From contig JBDLIE010000012.1 of NCBI GenBank assembly GCA_039715015.1, positions 1-64,000 of the forward strand: a stretch of 64,000 bases of DNA. The letters are read 5' to 3'. This DNA comes from Thermodesulfobacteriota bacterium (lineage in GTDB: Bacteria > Desulfobacterota > Desulfobulbia > Desulfobulbales > SURF-16). Made by a program: the position numbers and the translations under genes. The stretch's first letter is position 1; the number at the start of each line of letters is the position of its first letter. Positions 1 through 8,315 of the stretch are shown here, in pieces. Under the pieces are notes generated by a model. The model saw only the letters and a program-made list of their open reading frames with translations. It was not told the DNA's origin and did not search any database.

Positions 1-35
1 AATAAAGGCAGAAAAGTACTTTAATCCAAATAAAA

Positions 36-67
36 ATCCCCTGTTGCCTAGACTGGCAGCAGGGGAT
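36..67 (-). terminator. Rho-independent terminator downstream of the zinc-ribbon/acidic protein gene
   Basis: Inverted repeat ATCCCCTGTTGCC / GGCAGCAGGGGAT, followed by a T-run on the minus strand. Confidence 0.7.
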
Positions 68-94
68 AAATTCGTTCAGATAAAGTGTGACTTT

Positions 95-748
95 TTAGAG
101 TTCCAGGTCGGGAAGTTCACCCAGGCCGTTGTCTTTTCCTTTCTCTTCAATTTCCAGCTCACCGAGATCAGGCACCTCTTCCTCGCCAAGGCTCAGATCG
201 ATATCTGACAGGTTTGGAGTGGATGAGGCATCCTCAAGCTCAAGATCGACATCATCATCGAAATCAATCCCGGAGAGATCAAATTCGGGAACGTCATCAA
301 GCCCGACATCTGCCACAGGCTCAGCCGGGGCCGGGGCTCCAGGCCGGAAGCCTGTATCACTCTCCTCAAAGCTGGAAAGGTCCATATCCGGCATATCATG
401 GTCATCCAGGGAGATGTCTTGGCCACCAAACTCTGACGTATCATCAGCGGCCATGGAGAAATCTTCTTCTGTGATGTCACCAGGCAGATCAGGAATTTCA
501 CCGAAATCATCGATGGCATCTACACTGATATCGAGATCAGCACCGCTATCCATAACAAAGTCATCAACGCCCTGGTCGTGCACAAAGGCTGCTGCATAGT
601 CGGGGAGAAGAGTGCCCAGATAAAACGTGCCGAGGGACTTAAACGCTGTACCGTTGAGAGTGTGGGCAACCTCCGTCACATCGCTGGAACATTTCACACA
701 GGATGTCACTTTGTCAAATGAGATATAACTACATTTTGGGCAACGCAT
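95..748 (-). CDS. Hypothetical protein: N-terminal zinc ribbon plus long Asp/Glu-rich low-complexity tail
   Basis: MRCPKC-x10-CVKC start, then repeated DLDL/DISLD/DIDLSL acidic motifs; purine-rich RBS upstream and terminator downstream. Confidence 0.8.
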   Translation of the reverse strand: MRCPKCSYISFDKVTSCVKCSSDVTEVAHTLNGTAFKSLGTFYLGTLLPDYAAAFVHDQGVDDFVMDSGADLDISVDAIDDFGEIPDLPGDITEEDFSMAADDTSEFGGQDISLDDHDMPDMDLSSFEESDTGFRPGAPAPAEPVADVGLDDVPEFDLSGIDFDDDVDLELEDASSTPNLSDIDLSLGEEEVPDLGELEIEEKGKDNGLGELPDLEL

Positions 749-836
749 AATTCTTCTACCTTCTCTCTACCCGGCGGGACCCCTTGCCTGCCGGGGTGAC
801 CCGCCAAGGCCACCATTTTTAAAAAAAAGAGGACAC

Positions 837-852
837 CCACAACATGTAGTGC
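837..852. promoter_or_regulatory. NrdR-box-like palindrome
   Basis: CCACAACATGTAGTGC resembles the NrdR box consensus acaCwAtATaTwGtgt; near-identical copy at 32369-32384. Confidence 0.45.
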
Positions 853-1154
853 ACCCCCTCAAGGAAACCAAGCATCAAATTCCCATGGATTTCTAGCTAG
901 TTACCTCACTTTCCACCCTAACCTATTACACCTTGCCCCTTCTGGTCAAGGAATTCTGCAATTTTTTCCGACTGTTTCGGGGTTTTGGCCTTTTTTTATG
1001 TAAAACATTCGAACCGACTCTCTTTCTCCTCAACCCTTTTGTATGCTTGCAAATTTAATTTCTTCCGACTACTCTAGCCCTTTCAAATAGGGGCGTAGTG
1101 CCGAACAAAGGCGCTTCATGATTTTCATACACCTTCGGAATGTTATTTTTCACC

Positions 1155-1541
1155 ATGAAACAAACCTTTAGATTGCTGCTCTGCTCTCTTTTTCTTGTCA
1201 TGGTTCTTCTTGCCTCCGGCTGTAGCAAGGAGCCCATCCGCCATCTCAGCTCAGAGGCCTGCCTCATTGCCCAGGGCACCACAAGAGCGGATGTCCTTAC
1301 CTATATGGGCACCCCGAAGTTCAAAAATAAAACCGAAAGCGGCGAGGTGTGGATTTTTGTCGAAGAGCACAAGAGTCTGTTTAAGAAAACTCCGGTATTG
1401 AAATGGTTTGCCGGTTCTATTTCCTACGACCTTGTCTACATTACCTTCACCGGCGATATCGTTACCAATTGCCAATATCGATCCGTCAGCGAAGAGGAAT
1501 ACGGCAAGTCTTTCCTTGGCAAAGATTCAGTCAGCGAATAA
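1155..1541 (+). CDS. SmpA/OmlA (BamE-like) outer-membrane lipoprotein
   Basis: Lipobox LASGC; GTTRADVLTYMGTP...EVWIF pattern typical of SmpA_OmlA. Confidence 0.7.
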   Translation: MKQTFRLLLCSLFLVMVLLASGCSKEPIRHLSSEACLIAQGTTRADVLTYMGTPKFKNKTESGEVWIFVEEHKSLFKKTPVLKWFAGSISYDLVYITFTGDIVTNCQYRSVSEEEYGKSFLGKDSVSE

Positions 1542-1544
1542 GTC

Positions 1545-2186
1545 ATGAGTTTTCAGTCCGCCAGAATGCGGATGATCCGCGAACAGCTAATCCCACGGGG
1601 GATTACCGACCAGCGTGTACTTGATGCCATGGCCGATGTTCCCCGTCATCTCTTTGTCCAGGATGCCCTGGGCAGCCAGGCCTATGGTGATTTTTCCATG
1701 CCCATTGGTCTGGGCCAGACTATTTCCCAGCCCTATATTGTCGCCTTAATGACCCAGGCTTTGGAGCTTAAGGGTGATGAGACCGTGCTGGAGATCGGCA
1801 CCGGCTGCGGCTACCAGACTGCGGTGCTTGCCAAACTTGCTGACCGGATATTTTCCGTTGAACGTCTTAAGGAGCTCTATATTAGGGCCAGGCAGACACT
1901 GGACCAGCTTCAAGTCTTTAACGCCCTTTGCACCACAGATGACGGCACCCTGGGCTGGCCCCAGTACAGTCCTTTTGACGCCATTATCGTCACGGCCGGT
2001 GGCCCTGACATCCCCCAACCTCTCATTGACCAGTTAGCCGACCCGGGCCGATTGGTTATCCCCATTGGTGACCGCGAGGCCCAAGAGCTTGTTATTCTCA
2101 AAAAAGAGAACGGAGAGATAAGCCGCCAAATTATTGAACAGGTACGTTTTGTCAGTTTGATTGGCAAAAATGCCTGGCACAACTAA
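1545..2186 (+). CDS. pcm: Protein-L-isoaspartate O-methyltransferase
   Basis: VPRHLFV, GQTISQPYIVA, VLEIGTGCGYQTA, PFDAIIVTA motifs. Confidence 0.97.
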   Translation: MSFQSARMRMIREQLIPRGITDQRVLDAMADVPRHLFVQDALGSQAYGDFSMPIGLGQTISQPYIVALMTQALELKGDETVLEIGTGCGYQTAVLAKLADRIFSVERLKELYIRARQTLDQLQVFNALCTTDDGTLGWPQYSPFDAIIVTAGGPDIPQPLIDQLADPGRLVIPIGDREAQELVILKKENGEISRQIIEQVRFVSLIGKNAWHN

Positions 2187-2269
2187 CAGATTGTTGAAAA
2201 GCAAACTGCGCTTTTAAGAAGATTTCTTCCTTGCCTTTCCGTTGCTCGCTCCGTTTTTTTAACAAACTG
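2187..2269. mobile_element. Possible MITE-like remnant with 14-bp terminal inverted repeats
   Basis: CAGATTGTTGAAAA (2187-2200) and TTTTTAACAAACTG (2256-2269) are 12/14 complementary. Confidence 0.3.
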
Positions 2270-2281
2270 CCTGCTTAAATG

Positions 2282-2974
2282 CTACTGCCCGGAAACAAGC
2301 GACAGCACGGCAAAGCCGCCGATGAGTAACACGGTAAAGGCAATGCAGAGCAAGTTGAAATAACGATCAATAAAACCTTTGGCAGGCGCCCCCCAACGCT
2401 GAAGAATCCAGGCCACAACAAAGAAGCGGGCGGCCCGGGCCAGAACAGAAGCAGCCATGAAGACGGGCACGTTGACCTTGGCGACCCCGGCAGTGATGGT
2501 GGTCAGCTTATAGGGTAACGGAGTGAGGCCAAAAACAAAGACAATCCAGGCATTCCAGCGGTCATAGACCTGGAAGAGATAACTGCCACCCAGGGCCTGG
2601 CCGAGACTTTCGGTGAGATAGGCAGGCAGGGCAATATCCAGGCGCCCTTCCACGGGCACCAGCTCCATGTGGGCGACATTCTCAACAATCCAGCGACCTG
2701 CCGTTTCCCAGGCGAACATACCTATTCCATAACCAGCCATCCCTCCCACCACTGAACCAAGGGTGCAGACCAGCGCCAAAGATCGCCAACGCTGGGGAGC
2801 GCCGAGGACCAGGGCAATGAGGAGCACATCCGGCGGGATGGGGAAAAAACTGCTCTCGGCAAAAGCCAGGATTACCAGGGCTGGCACCCCGTACGGAGTA
2901 TTGGCCCAGTGGAGCATCCAATCGTAGAGACGACGATGGATGGCCCAACGTGGTACATGAACAATGCTAGCCAT
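2282..2974 (-). CDS. YqaA/DedA-family (VTT domain) membrane protein
   Basis: AFAESSFFPIPPDVLL and GLTPLPYKLTTITAG motifs; multiple hydrophobic segments. Confidence 0.9.
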   Translation of the reverse strand: MASIVHVPRWAIHRRLYDWMLHWANTPYGVPALVILAFAESSFFPIPPDVLLIALVLGAPQRWRSLALVCTLGSVVGGMAGYGIGMFAWETAGRWIVENVAHMELVPVEGRLDIALPAYLTESLGQALGGSYLFQVYDRWNAWIVFVFGLTPLPYKLTTITAGVAKVNVPVFMAASVLARAARFFVVAWILQRWGAPAKGFIDRYFNLLCIAFTVLLIGGFAVLSLVSGQ

Positions 2975-4319
2975 GATCTGCCCCCGCAACCTGTTCGGCC
3001 ATCTCGCGGACCTTTATCATAATCTCCTGGATATCCATGCTCAGCAACTCTCCCTTATCAACAATCAGTTCGCCATCAACAATCACCGTATCAACATCCG
3101 CCCCTCTGGCCCCATAGACCAGAAGGTCTGGACTAAAAAGGGGCGTAAGCCGCGGGCTTTGGCAATTAATCAAAATGAGATCCGCCTTCATCCCCTCTTC
3201 CAGGCTGCCGATATCGCTCAAGCCCAGGCAAGAAGCACCCATGCTGGTGGCCATGGCAAGGAGATCGCGGGCCGGCAGGAGCTCGGGCTGCAGGTTGTGG
3301 ACCTTGGCCAGCTTGGCACAGCTGTCCATCTCGCCAAAGAGGTCCAGATCATTATTGGAGGCGCAGCCATCCGTCCCCAGGCCCATGGTGATATGGCGCG
3401 ACAGCAGGGCGGGCACCGGCGCCACGCCAGAGGCCAGCTTCATATTTGATTCTGGACAGGTAACCAGCCGGCAGCCACGGCTGGCCAAGATATCCATATC
3501 CGCCCCAGAGAGCCAAACGCCATGGATGACAATAACACCGGAATCCAAAATATCCAGAGAGTCGAGATAGGCCACCGGACTCAGATCACCGGCGCCAATC
3601 ATGCCTTGCTCGGCCTGGGTTTCGGCCAGATGGATAAAGAAGGGGGTCTGTTTGTCTCTGGCAAGCTGGCGGGCCCGCACCAGGGTGTCGGCGCTGCAGG
3701 TGTATGGGGAGTGGGCAAAAACAGCTGGCTGCAAACGGGAAGAGGCGGGGAAGTGATCTATAAAGTCGGCCACGGCCTCAATATTCTTGGCTGGGTCAGG
3801 AACGCTGGGGGCTGGAAAATCGACAATGCCATGGCCAAGCACGGCCCGCATGCCGCTTTCCTGGTAGGCGCGGCCCGCTGCATCCATAAAGAAATAGGCA
3901 TCGGCCACCGTGGTGGTACCAGAGAGCAGCATCTCGGCCGCCGCCAGTTTGGTACACCAATAGACCATTTCTTCTGTAACGAAGCGGCCCTCGGCCGGGA
4001 AGATATGCTCCTCCAGCCAGGTCATAAGGGGCAGATCATCAGCCAGGCCCCGAAAAAGAGTCATGGCACCATGGACATGGCAGTTAACCAGGCCGGGCAT
4101 GGCAACAAAGCCTTGCCCGGCAATGGTGCGCTGCGCCTTTATCTCGGGCTCAGGAGCTGCGGCGCTGACCCGAACCAGGCGGCCATCACGAATCCCTATT
4201 GAACCGGGCGCCAGGACATAGCCATTGTCAGCGGGCTGTAATATCCGGCAATCCTTAATAAAAATATCGTAGTGGCTGTTGGTGGGATGTTCATCATTCA
4301 TGGCTTGAAAGCCAACCAT
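2967..4319 (-). CDS. mtaD: Amidohydrolase, 5-methylthioadenosine/S-adenosylhomocysteine deaminase family
   Basis: MPGLVNCHVH, HSPYTC, IHLAET, CPESNMKLASG, GTDGCASNNDLD. Confidence 0.85.
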   Translation of the reverse strand: MVGFQAMNDEHPTNSHYDIFIKDCRILQPADNGYVLAPGSIGIRDGRLVRVSAAAPEPEIKAQRTIAGQGFVAMPGLVNCHVHGAMTLFRGLADDLPLMTWLEEHIFPAEGRFVTEEMVYWCTKLAAAEMLLSGTTTVADAYFFMDAAGRAYQESGMRAVLGHGIVDFPAPSVPDPAKNIEAVADFIDHFPASSRLQPAVFAHSPYTCSADTLVRARQLARDKQTPFFIHLAETQAEQGMIGAGDLSPVAYLDSLDILDSGVIVIHGVWLSGADMDILASRGCRLVTCPESNMKLASGVAPVPALLSRHITMGLGTDGCASNNDLDLFGEMDSCAKLAKVHNLQPELLPARDLLAMATSMGASCLGLSDIGSLEEGMKADLILINCQSPRLTPLFSPDLLVYGARGADVDTVIVDGELIVDKGELLSMDIQEIMIKVREMAEQVAGADHG

Positions 4320-4398
4320 ATCCCCCTTTTTCTGTCAAGAAAGGGGCGGAGCAATGGCGAAAATTGCACAGAATGAAAAAATGGCTGATGCGGAGAAT

Positions 4399-5400
4399 CT
4401 AGCGGCTGGACTGCACCTCGATATTGCCGCGAATGACCTCGGGGGAAAGATTCTGGCGCAGGAACTCATAGGAGGCCTGCTCTTCTCCGGTTTGGCTGCG
4501 CTGATCAATAATAATTTCCACCCGCCTGTTTTTCGCCCTGTTCTCTTCGCTATCATTAGAAGCACGGGGGTGGGTGTCGGCATGACCGGTGAGGACAAAG
4601 CGTTTCGGAGGCAAAACACCGCCCTTGAGAAGCTCATGGATCACAGAGAAGGCCCGGGCCCCGGAAAGCTCCCAGTTGGAGAGAAAACGATCTGTGGAGA
4701 TAGGATAATTATCCGTATGGCCCGACACGGTGAGATTGCCGGGAATATCAACCAGGGCGTCACGAATCTTTTGGGCCGTGGGTAAAAAGGCAGGGCTTAA
4801 TGTGGCGCTGGCAGGCCCAAAGGAACCATTTTGAAGAATATGGATGGTGATGATCTGGCCCACATCCTCAACTTTCAGTTTTTGTTGCTGAATTTCGTCC
4901 GACAACTCTTTACGCAGTTCAGATGCGTAATACTCGGTTTCAATGCGCTGTTGAGATTCTTTAACAAAGGCCGAACTTTGGATATCAGCCGCAGTGGAGC
5001 CCGACTCCCGGATATAAATAACCTTGCCACCGCCCAAAGCACCGGCTAAGGCCTGGGCCACTTCGGAAAACTTCTTCACATCCAGCTCTGCCATGGCAAA
5101 AAGGAGAATAAAAAAGCAGAGCAGCAGGCTCATCAGGTCGGCAAAGGTCAGGATCCAGGGGGCTGAACCACTACTTTCTGGAGGGAGGTGGGCCAGTTTT
5201 TGAAATTCATCAGAACCGGAGATAAAAAGGGTCGCTTCCTCTTCCTTTTCAACCCTTGACTTTTCGGCAGCCATCCTGGCCAAATTTGCATCCAGCTGGC
5301 CATCATGCTTGGCCTTGGCATTATGGCCTTTGCCGGCAGGAGAGTGTCTGCTCGTCTCCTGTTCAGGCTGGTCGCTGGTCGCTGCTTTTTCATCAACCAT
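4399..5400 (-). CDS. motB: Flagellar stator subunit MotB/PomB with OmpA-like peptidoglycan-binding domain
   Basis: WILTFADLMSLLLCFFILLF transmembrane motif; GHTD, SNWELSGARA, NRRVEI. Confidence 0.92.
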   Translation of the reverse strand: MVDEKAATSDQPEQETSRHSPAGKGHNAKAKHDGQLDANLARMAAEKSRVEKEEEATLFISGSDEFQKLAHLPPESSGSAPWILTFADLMSLLLCFFILLFAMAELDVKKFSEVAQALAGALGGGKVIYIRESGSTAADIQSSAFVKESQQRIETEYYASELRKELSDEIQQQKLKVEDVGQIITIHILQNGSFGPASATLSPAFLPTAQKIRDALVDIPGNLTVSGHTDNYPISTDRFLSNWELSGARAFSVIHELLKGGVLPPKRFVLTGHADTHPRASNDSEENRAKNRRVEIIIDQRSQTGEEQASYEFLRQNLSPEVIRGNIEVQSSR

Positions 5401-5401
5401 C

Positions 5402-6238
5402 TCAGGCAGCCTCAGTCTCCGGCGTTTCTACCTTGACGGGAGCAGGCCGGCGGCCACCTCCTCCATTTTCGCGCTGGGAACCGGGCAGGTAGGCAAGGAG
5501 CATCTCTTCAAGGATATAAGGGTGGATACCCTGCTCAATACCAATGAGGGCGTCAATGATAAGCATCTTGCTCATCCGCTCTTCGGCATTACGCAAGGCC
5601 AGTTTGGAGGCAATGGGCTTGGCAACCATATAGCCCAGCATGGCGCCGTAAAGGGTGGTAAGAAGGGCAACGGCCATGGCCGGGCCAACCTTACCTGGAT
5701 CATCAAGATGGGCCAACATGCGCACCAGGCCGATAAGGGTGCCGATCATACCCATGGCAGGTGCCACCTCGCTCAGGGACTGGAAGATCTGGCGCCCGGT
5801 TTCGTGGCGGGAATCAGCCTGGTAGAGCTCTTTGAGCATGGTGTTTTTCACCATGGGAATACTAAGGCCGTCCATGAGGTACTGGGTGCCCTTCTTAAAA
5901 AACTCATTTTCAATGGGGTGACGGCCCAGGGCAAAAATACCGTCTTTACGGGCCTTGCGTTGCAGGCTGATGGCAAGCTCGATGAGCTGTTCGGTGGATT
6001 CAGGCTTAAAAAAAAAGGCCCTAAAGGCAATACGGAAGGCATTGCCAAACTGGAAGAGGTTAAACTTCATCAGGACAACAAAGATGGAGCCACCGACAAC
6101 AATAAGAAATGAGGCTGGATTAAGATAGATCCACAGGTCAGAATCGCCCGTTACCAGTGCCAAAGAAACGATGGCAAAGGCTCCGACCAGGCCGATGGCG
6201 GTTGCCCGATCAACGATAAATTTTTTCTGCATAGGCAC
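5402..6238 (-). CDS. motA: Flagellar stator subunit MotA/PomA
   Basis: ARKDGIFAL, APAMGMIGTLIGLV, GPAMAVALLTTLYG. Confidence 0.93.
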   Translation of the reverse strand: MPMQKKFIVDRATAIGLVGAFAIVSLALVTGDSDLWIYLNPASFLIVVGGSIFVVLMKFNLFQFGNAFRIAFRAFFFKPESTEQLIELAISLQRKARKDGIFALGRHPIENEFFKKGTQYLMDGLSIPMVKNTMLKELYQADSRHETGRQIFQSLSEVAPAMGMIGTLIGLVRMLAHLDDPGKVGPAMAVALLTTLYGAMLGYMVAKPIASKLALRNAEERMSKMLIIDALIGIEQGIHPYILEEMLLAYLPGSQRENGGGGRRPAPVKVETPETEAA

Positions 6239-6337
6239 TCCTCACACATGAGACATGACACCGAGGCAACGCATTCAATTCCCAAGGCTGAAATCGTTCT
6301 CTTCCTCATTTATTATACAATGTTCTGACATCAAATA

Positions 6338-6366
6338 ACATCGGCACCCTGGCCATATCTCCTTAG
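6338..6366 (-). promoter_or_regulatory. Putative sigma-28 (FliA) promoter for motAB
   Basis: Minus strand CTAAG-N16-GCCGATGT, close to TAAA-N15-GCCGATAA, about 100 bp upstream of motA. Confidence 0.5.
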
Positions 6367-6428
6367 ACCTTTTTAACTTTCTAAAAATATTTAGAAAATT
6401 TGCTAAAAAAATCCTTCCTCTATAAAAA

Positions 6429-6457
6429 TTGACATTCTCTCGGAGCTTCAGTACATT
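6429..6457 (+). promoter_or_regulatory. Putative sigma-70 promoter for the hinT-mob-moeA-serS run
   Basis: TTGACA-N17-TACATT. Confidence 0.55.
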
Positions 6458-6551
6458 TTTGCACTGAATTCATAACAATCCCGGCGTGGCTTAAGTCGGC
6501 TTTTTTCGTAGAAACAGCTCCTTCATTCACACTTCATCACTGAGGTTTCCC

Positions 6552-6893
6552 ATGGACAACTGCCTGTTTTGCAAGATTATTAATGGAGACATCCCCTCTG
6601 ATAAGCTCTACGAGGATGATGACACCTATGCCTTCCGGGACATCAGCCCCCAGGCCCCTACCCATTTCCTGGTTATTCCTAAGAAACATATCAGCGGCCC
6701 CAGTGAAGTTAGCCAAGAGGATGAGAAGATCATCGGCAAAATGATGCGGGTCGGCGCTGATATCGCCAGGCAAGAAGGTATTGGCGACGCCTTTCGTGTT
6801 ATCTTTAATAATGGTGCCGAGGTCGGCCAGACTGTCTTCCATATTCACATGCATATCCTTGGTGGCCGCAGTATGAGCTGGCCGCCTGGATGA
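6552..6893 (+). CDS. hinT: Histidine triad nucleotide-binding protein
   Basis: CLFCKII, DISPQAPTHFLVIPKKHI, GQTVFHIHMHILGGR. Confidence 0.95.
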   Translation: MDNCLFCKIINGDIPSDKLYEDDDTYAFRDISPQAPTHFLVIPKKHISGPSEVSQEDEKIIGKMMRVGADIARQEGIGDAFRVIFNNGAEVGQTVFHIHMHILGGRSMSWPPG

Positions 6894-6919
6894 GTTTTTA
6901 AAAAGAAGTTAAAAAATGT

Positions 6920-7033
6920 AGAGAAGGTAAAGGAGGTACAAAATGGTGCCATTCCAGCTTTATCGGCTTCATTCACCTTCTCTATTTCTTTATTCTCTTT
7001 ATTTCTCTAACTTCTTTATCACTTTACCTTCTC
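6920..7033. repeat. Purine-rich/pyrimidine-rich intergenic hairpin element, copy A
   Basis: GAGAAGGTAAAG (6921-6932) pairs with CTTTACCTTCTC (7022-7033); shares AGAGAAGGTAAAGGAG and CACCTTCTCTAT with 16496-16596. Confidence 0.6.
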
Positions 7034-7038
7034 AAAAA

Positions 7039-7692
7039 ATGCCCCCTGTTATCTCCTTCATCGCCCGGCCCAACCATGGCAAAACCACCCTGCTTGAAAA
7101 GCTGCTGGCGGAGTTTGCCCATCGAGGCCTGCGCGTTGGTGTTATTAAACACCATGTCCATGATTTTGAGTTTGACAAAGAGGGCAAGGACACCTGGCGC
7201 CATAAGCAGGCCGGGGCCCATACCGTCATTCTTTCCGCGCCCACCGGCATCGGCATGACCCGTGATGTTGACTATGACACCCCCATCCCGGAGCTTGTGG
7301 CCCGCTATTTCCATGATATGGACCTGGTCTGTACAGAGGGCTACAAGTGGGAAGATTATCCCAAGGTTGAGGTTTTTCGCCGGGCAATCGGTGGTGAACC
7401 CCTGGCTGGCCGCAATGAAACCTGGGCCGCTTTTGTCAGCGATGCGGATGTTGACACGGACCTGCCCTGCTTCGGCCTTGATGACATTGCTCAACTTGCC
7501 GATTTTCTCATCACCACCTATATCGTCAAGAGAAAGCTGACATCCTCCCTGCAATGCGGCGGTAAAGAGGTCGTTTTAAATGACTCAGAGGCCCGCCATC
7601 TTGAAGATGTCGTCCTGGCCACATTGGCCGCCCTCCGTCCCGATGAAGATCTCCGGGATATCAGCCTGACCATCCGTGATAATGATCGCTGA
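7039..7692 (+). CDS. mobB: Molybdopterin-guanine dinucleotide biosynthesis protein B with C-terminal extension
   Basis: GKTTLLEKL, VGVIKHH, DKEGKDTWRH, EGYK; start placed at ATG 7039. Confidence 0.93.
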   Translation: MPPVISFIARPNHGKTTLLEKLLAEFAHRGLRVGVIKHHVHDFEFDKEGKDTWRHKQAGAHTVILSAPTGIGMTRDVDYDTPIPELVARYFHDMDLVCTEGYKWEDYPKVEVFRRAIGGEPLAGRNETWAAFVSDADVDTDLPCFGLDDIAQLADFLITTYIVKRKLTSSLQCGGKEVVLNDSEARHLEDVVLATLAALRPDEDLRDISLTIRDNDR

Positions 7693-8275
7693 TACGGCAG
7701 GGGTTCTCTTAGCAGGAGGCAAGAGCAGCCGCTTTGGCAGCAATAAGGCCTTGGCGGCACTCCAGGACAAACCCCTGATCAGCCATGCCGCAGAGCTGCT
7801 TGATTGCCTTTTTGAAGAAACTCTCCTGGTCACTAACAGCCCGGCAGACTACGCGTTTTTAGGCTGGCCCATGACCGGCGATATCTTCCCAGGGGCCGGG
7901 CCCCTGGCCGGTATCCATGCCGCCCTTAAGAAAGTGGCCAGCCCACAGATCTTTGTTGTTGGTTGCGACATGCCCCTGGTCCAGGAAAACCTTGTCCGCC
8001 TGCTTTGCACGAATGCTGGAGAATGGGACGCTGTGGTTCCCCAACTGAGCAATGGTCTGGAGCCCCTCTGCGCGGTCTACCGGAAAACATGCCTGCCGAT
8101 CATTGACAGAAATCTTGAGATGGGTAATCGCAAACTGCATGCCCTTTTTGACCAGGTTCGTACCAGAAAAATTAACGAAGATGCCCTGCGGGAAGTTGAC
8201 GCCAAGCTTATCAGTTTTGAGAATATTAACCGCTCAACAGATCTGGAGGCCATTAGCCGTTTATTGCATGGCTAG
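7676..8275 (+). CDS. mobA: Molybdenum cofactor guanylyltransferase
   Basis: LAGGKSSRFGSNKA, GPLAGI, CDMP, EPLCAVY, NIN. Confidence 0.95.
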   Translation: MIMIADTAGVLLAGGKSSRFGSNKALAALQDKPLISHAAELLDCLFEETLLVTNSPADYAFLGWPMTGDIFPGAGPLAGIHAALKKVASPQIFVVGCDMPLVQENLVRLLCTNAGEWDAVVPQLSNGLEPLCAVYRKTCLPIIDRNLEMGNRKLHALFDQVRTRKINEDALREVDAKLISFENINRSTDLEAISRLLHG

Positions 8276-8315
8276 CCCCGTGCTCTGCTTCTAAAAATGG
8301 TATGCTTAAAAAAAC

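Noticed and set aside
4399..6238. Zorya ZorAB defence system
   Set aside because: The MotA homologue is normal length without a ZorA tail, motifs are PomAB-like, and there is no zorC/D/E.
6943..7038. Hydrophobic N-terminal extension of MobB in the ORF track
   Set aside because: It is the translation of the pyrimidine-rich repeat arm; MobB homology begins at ATG 7039.
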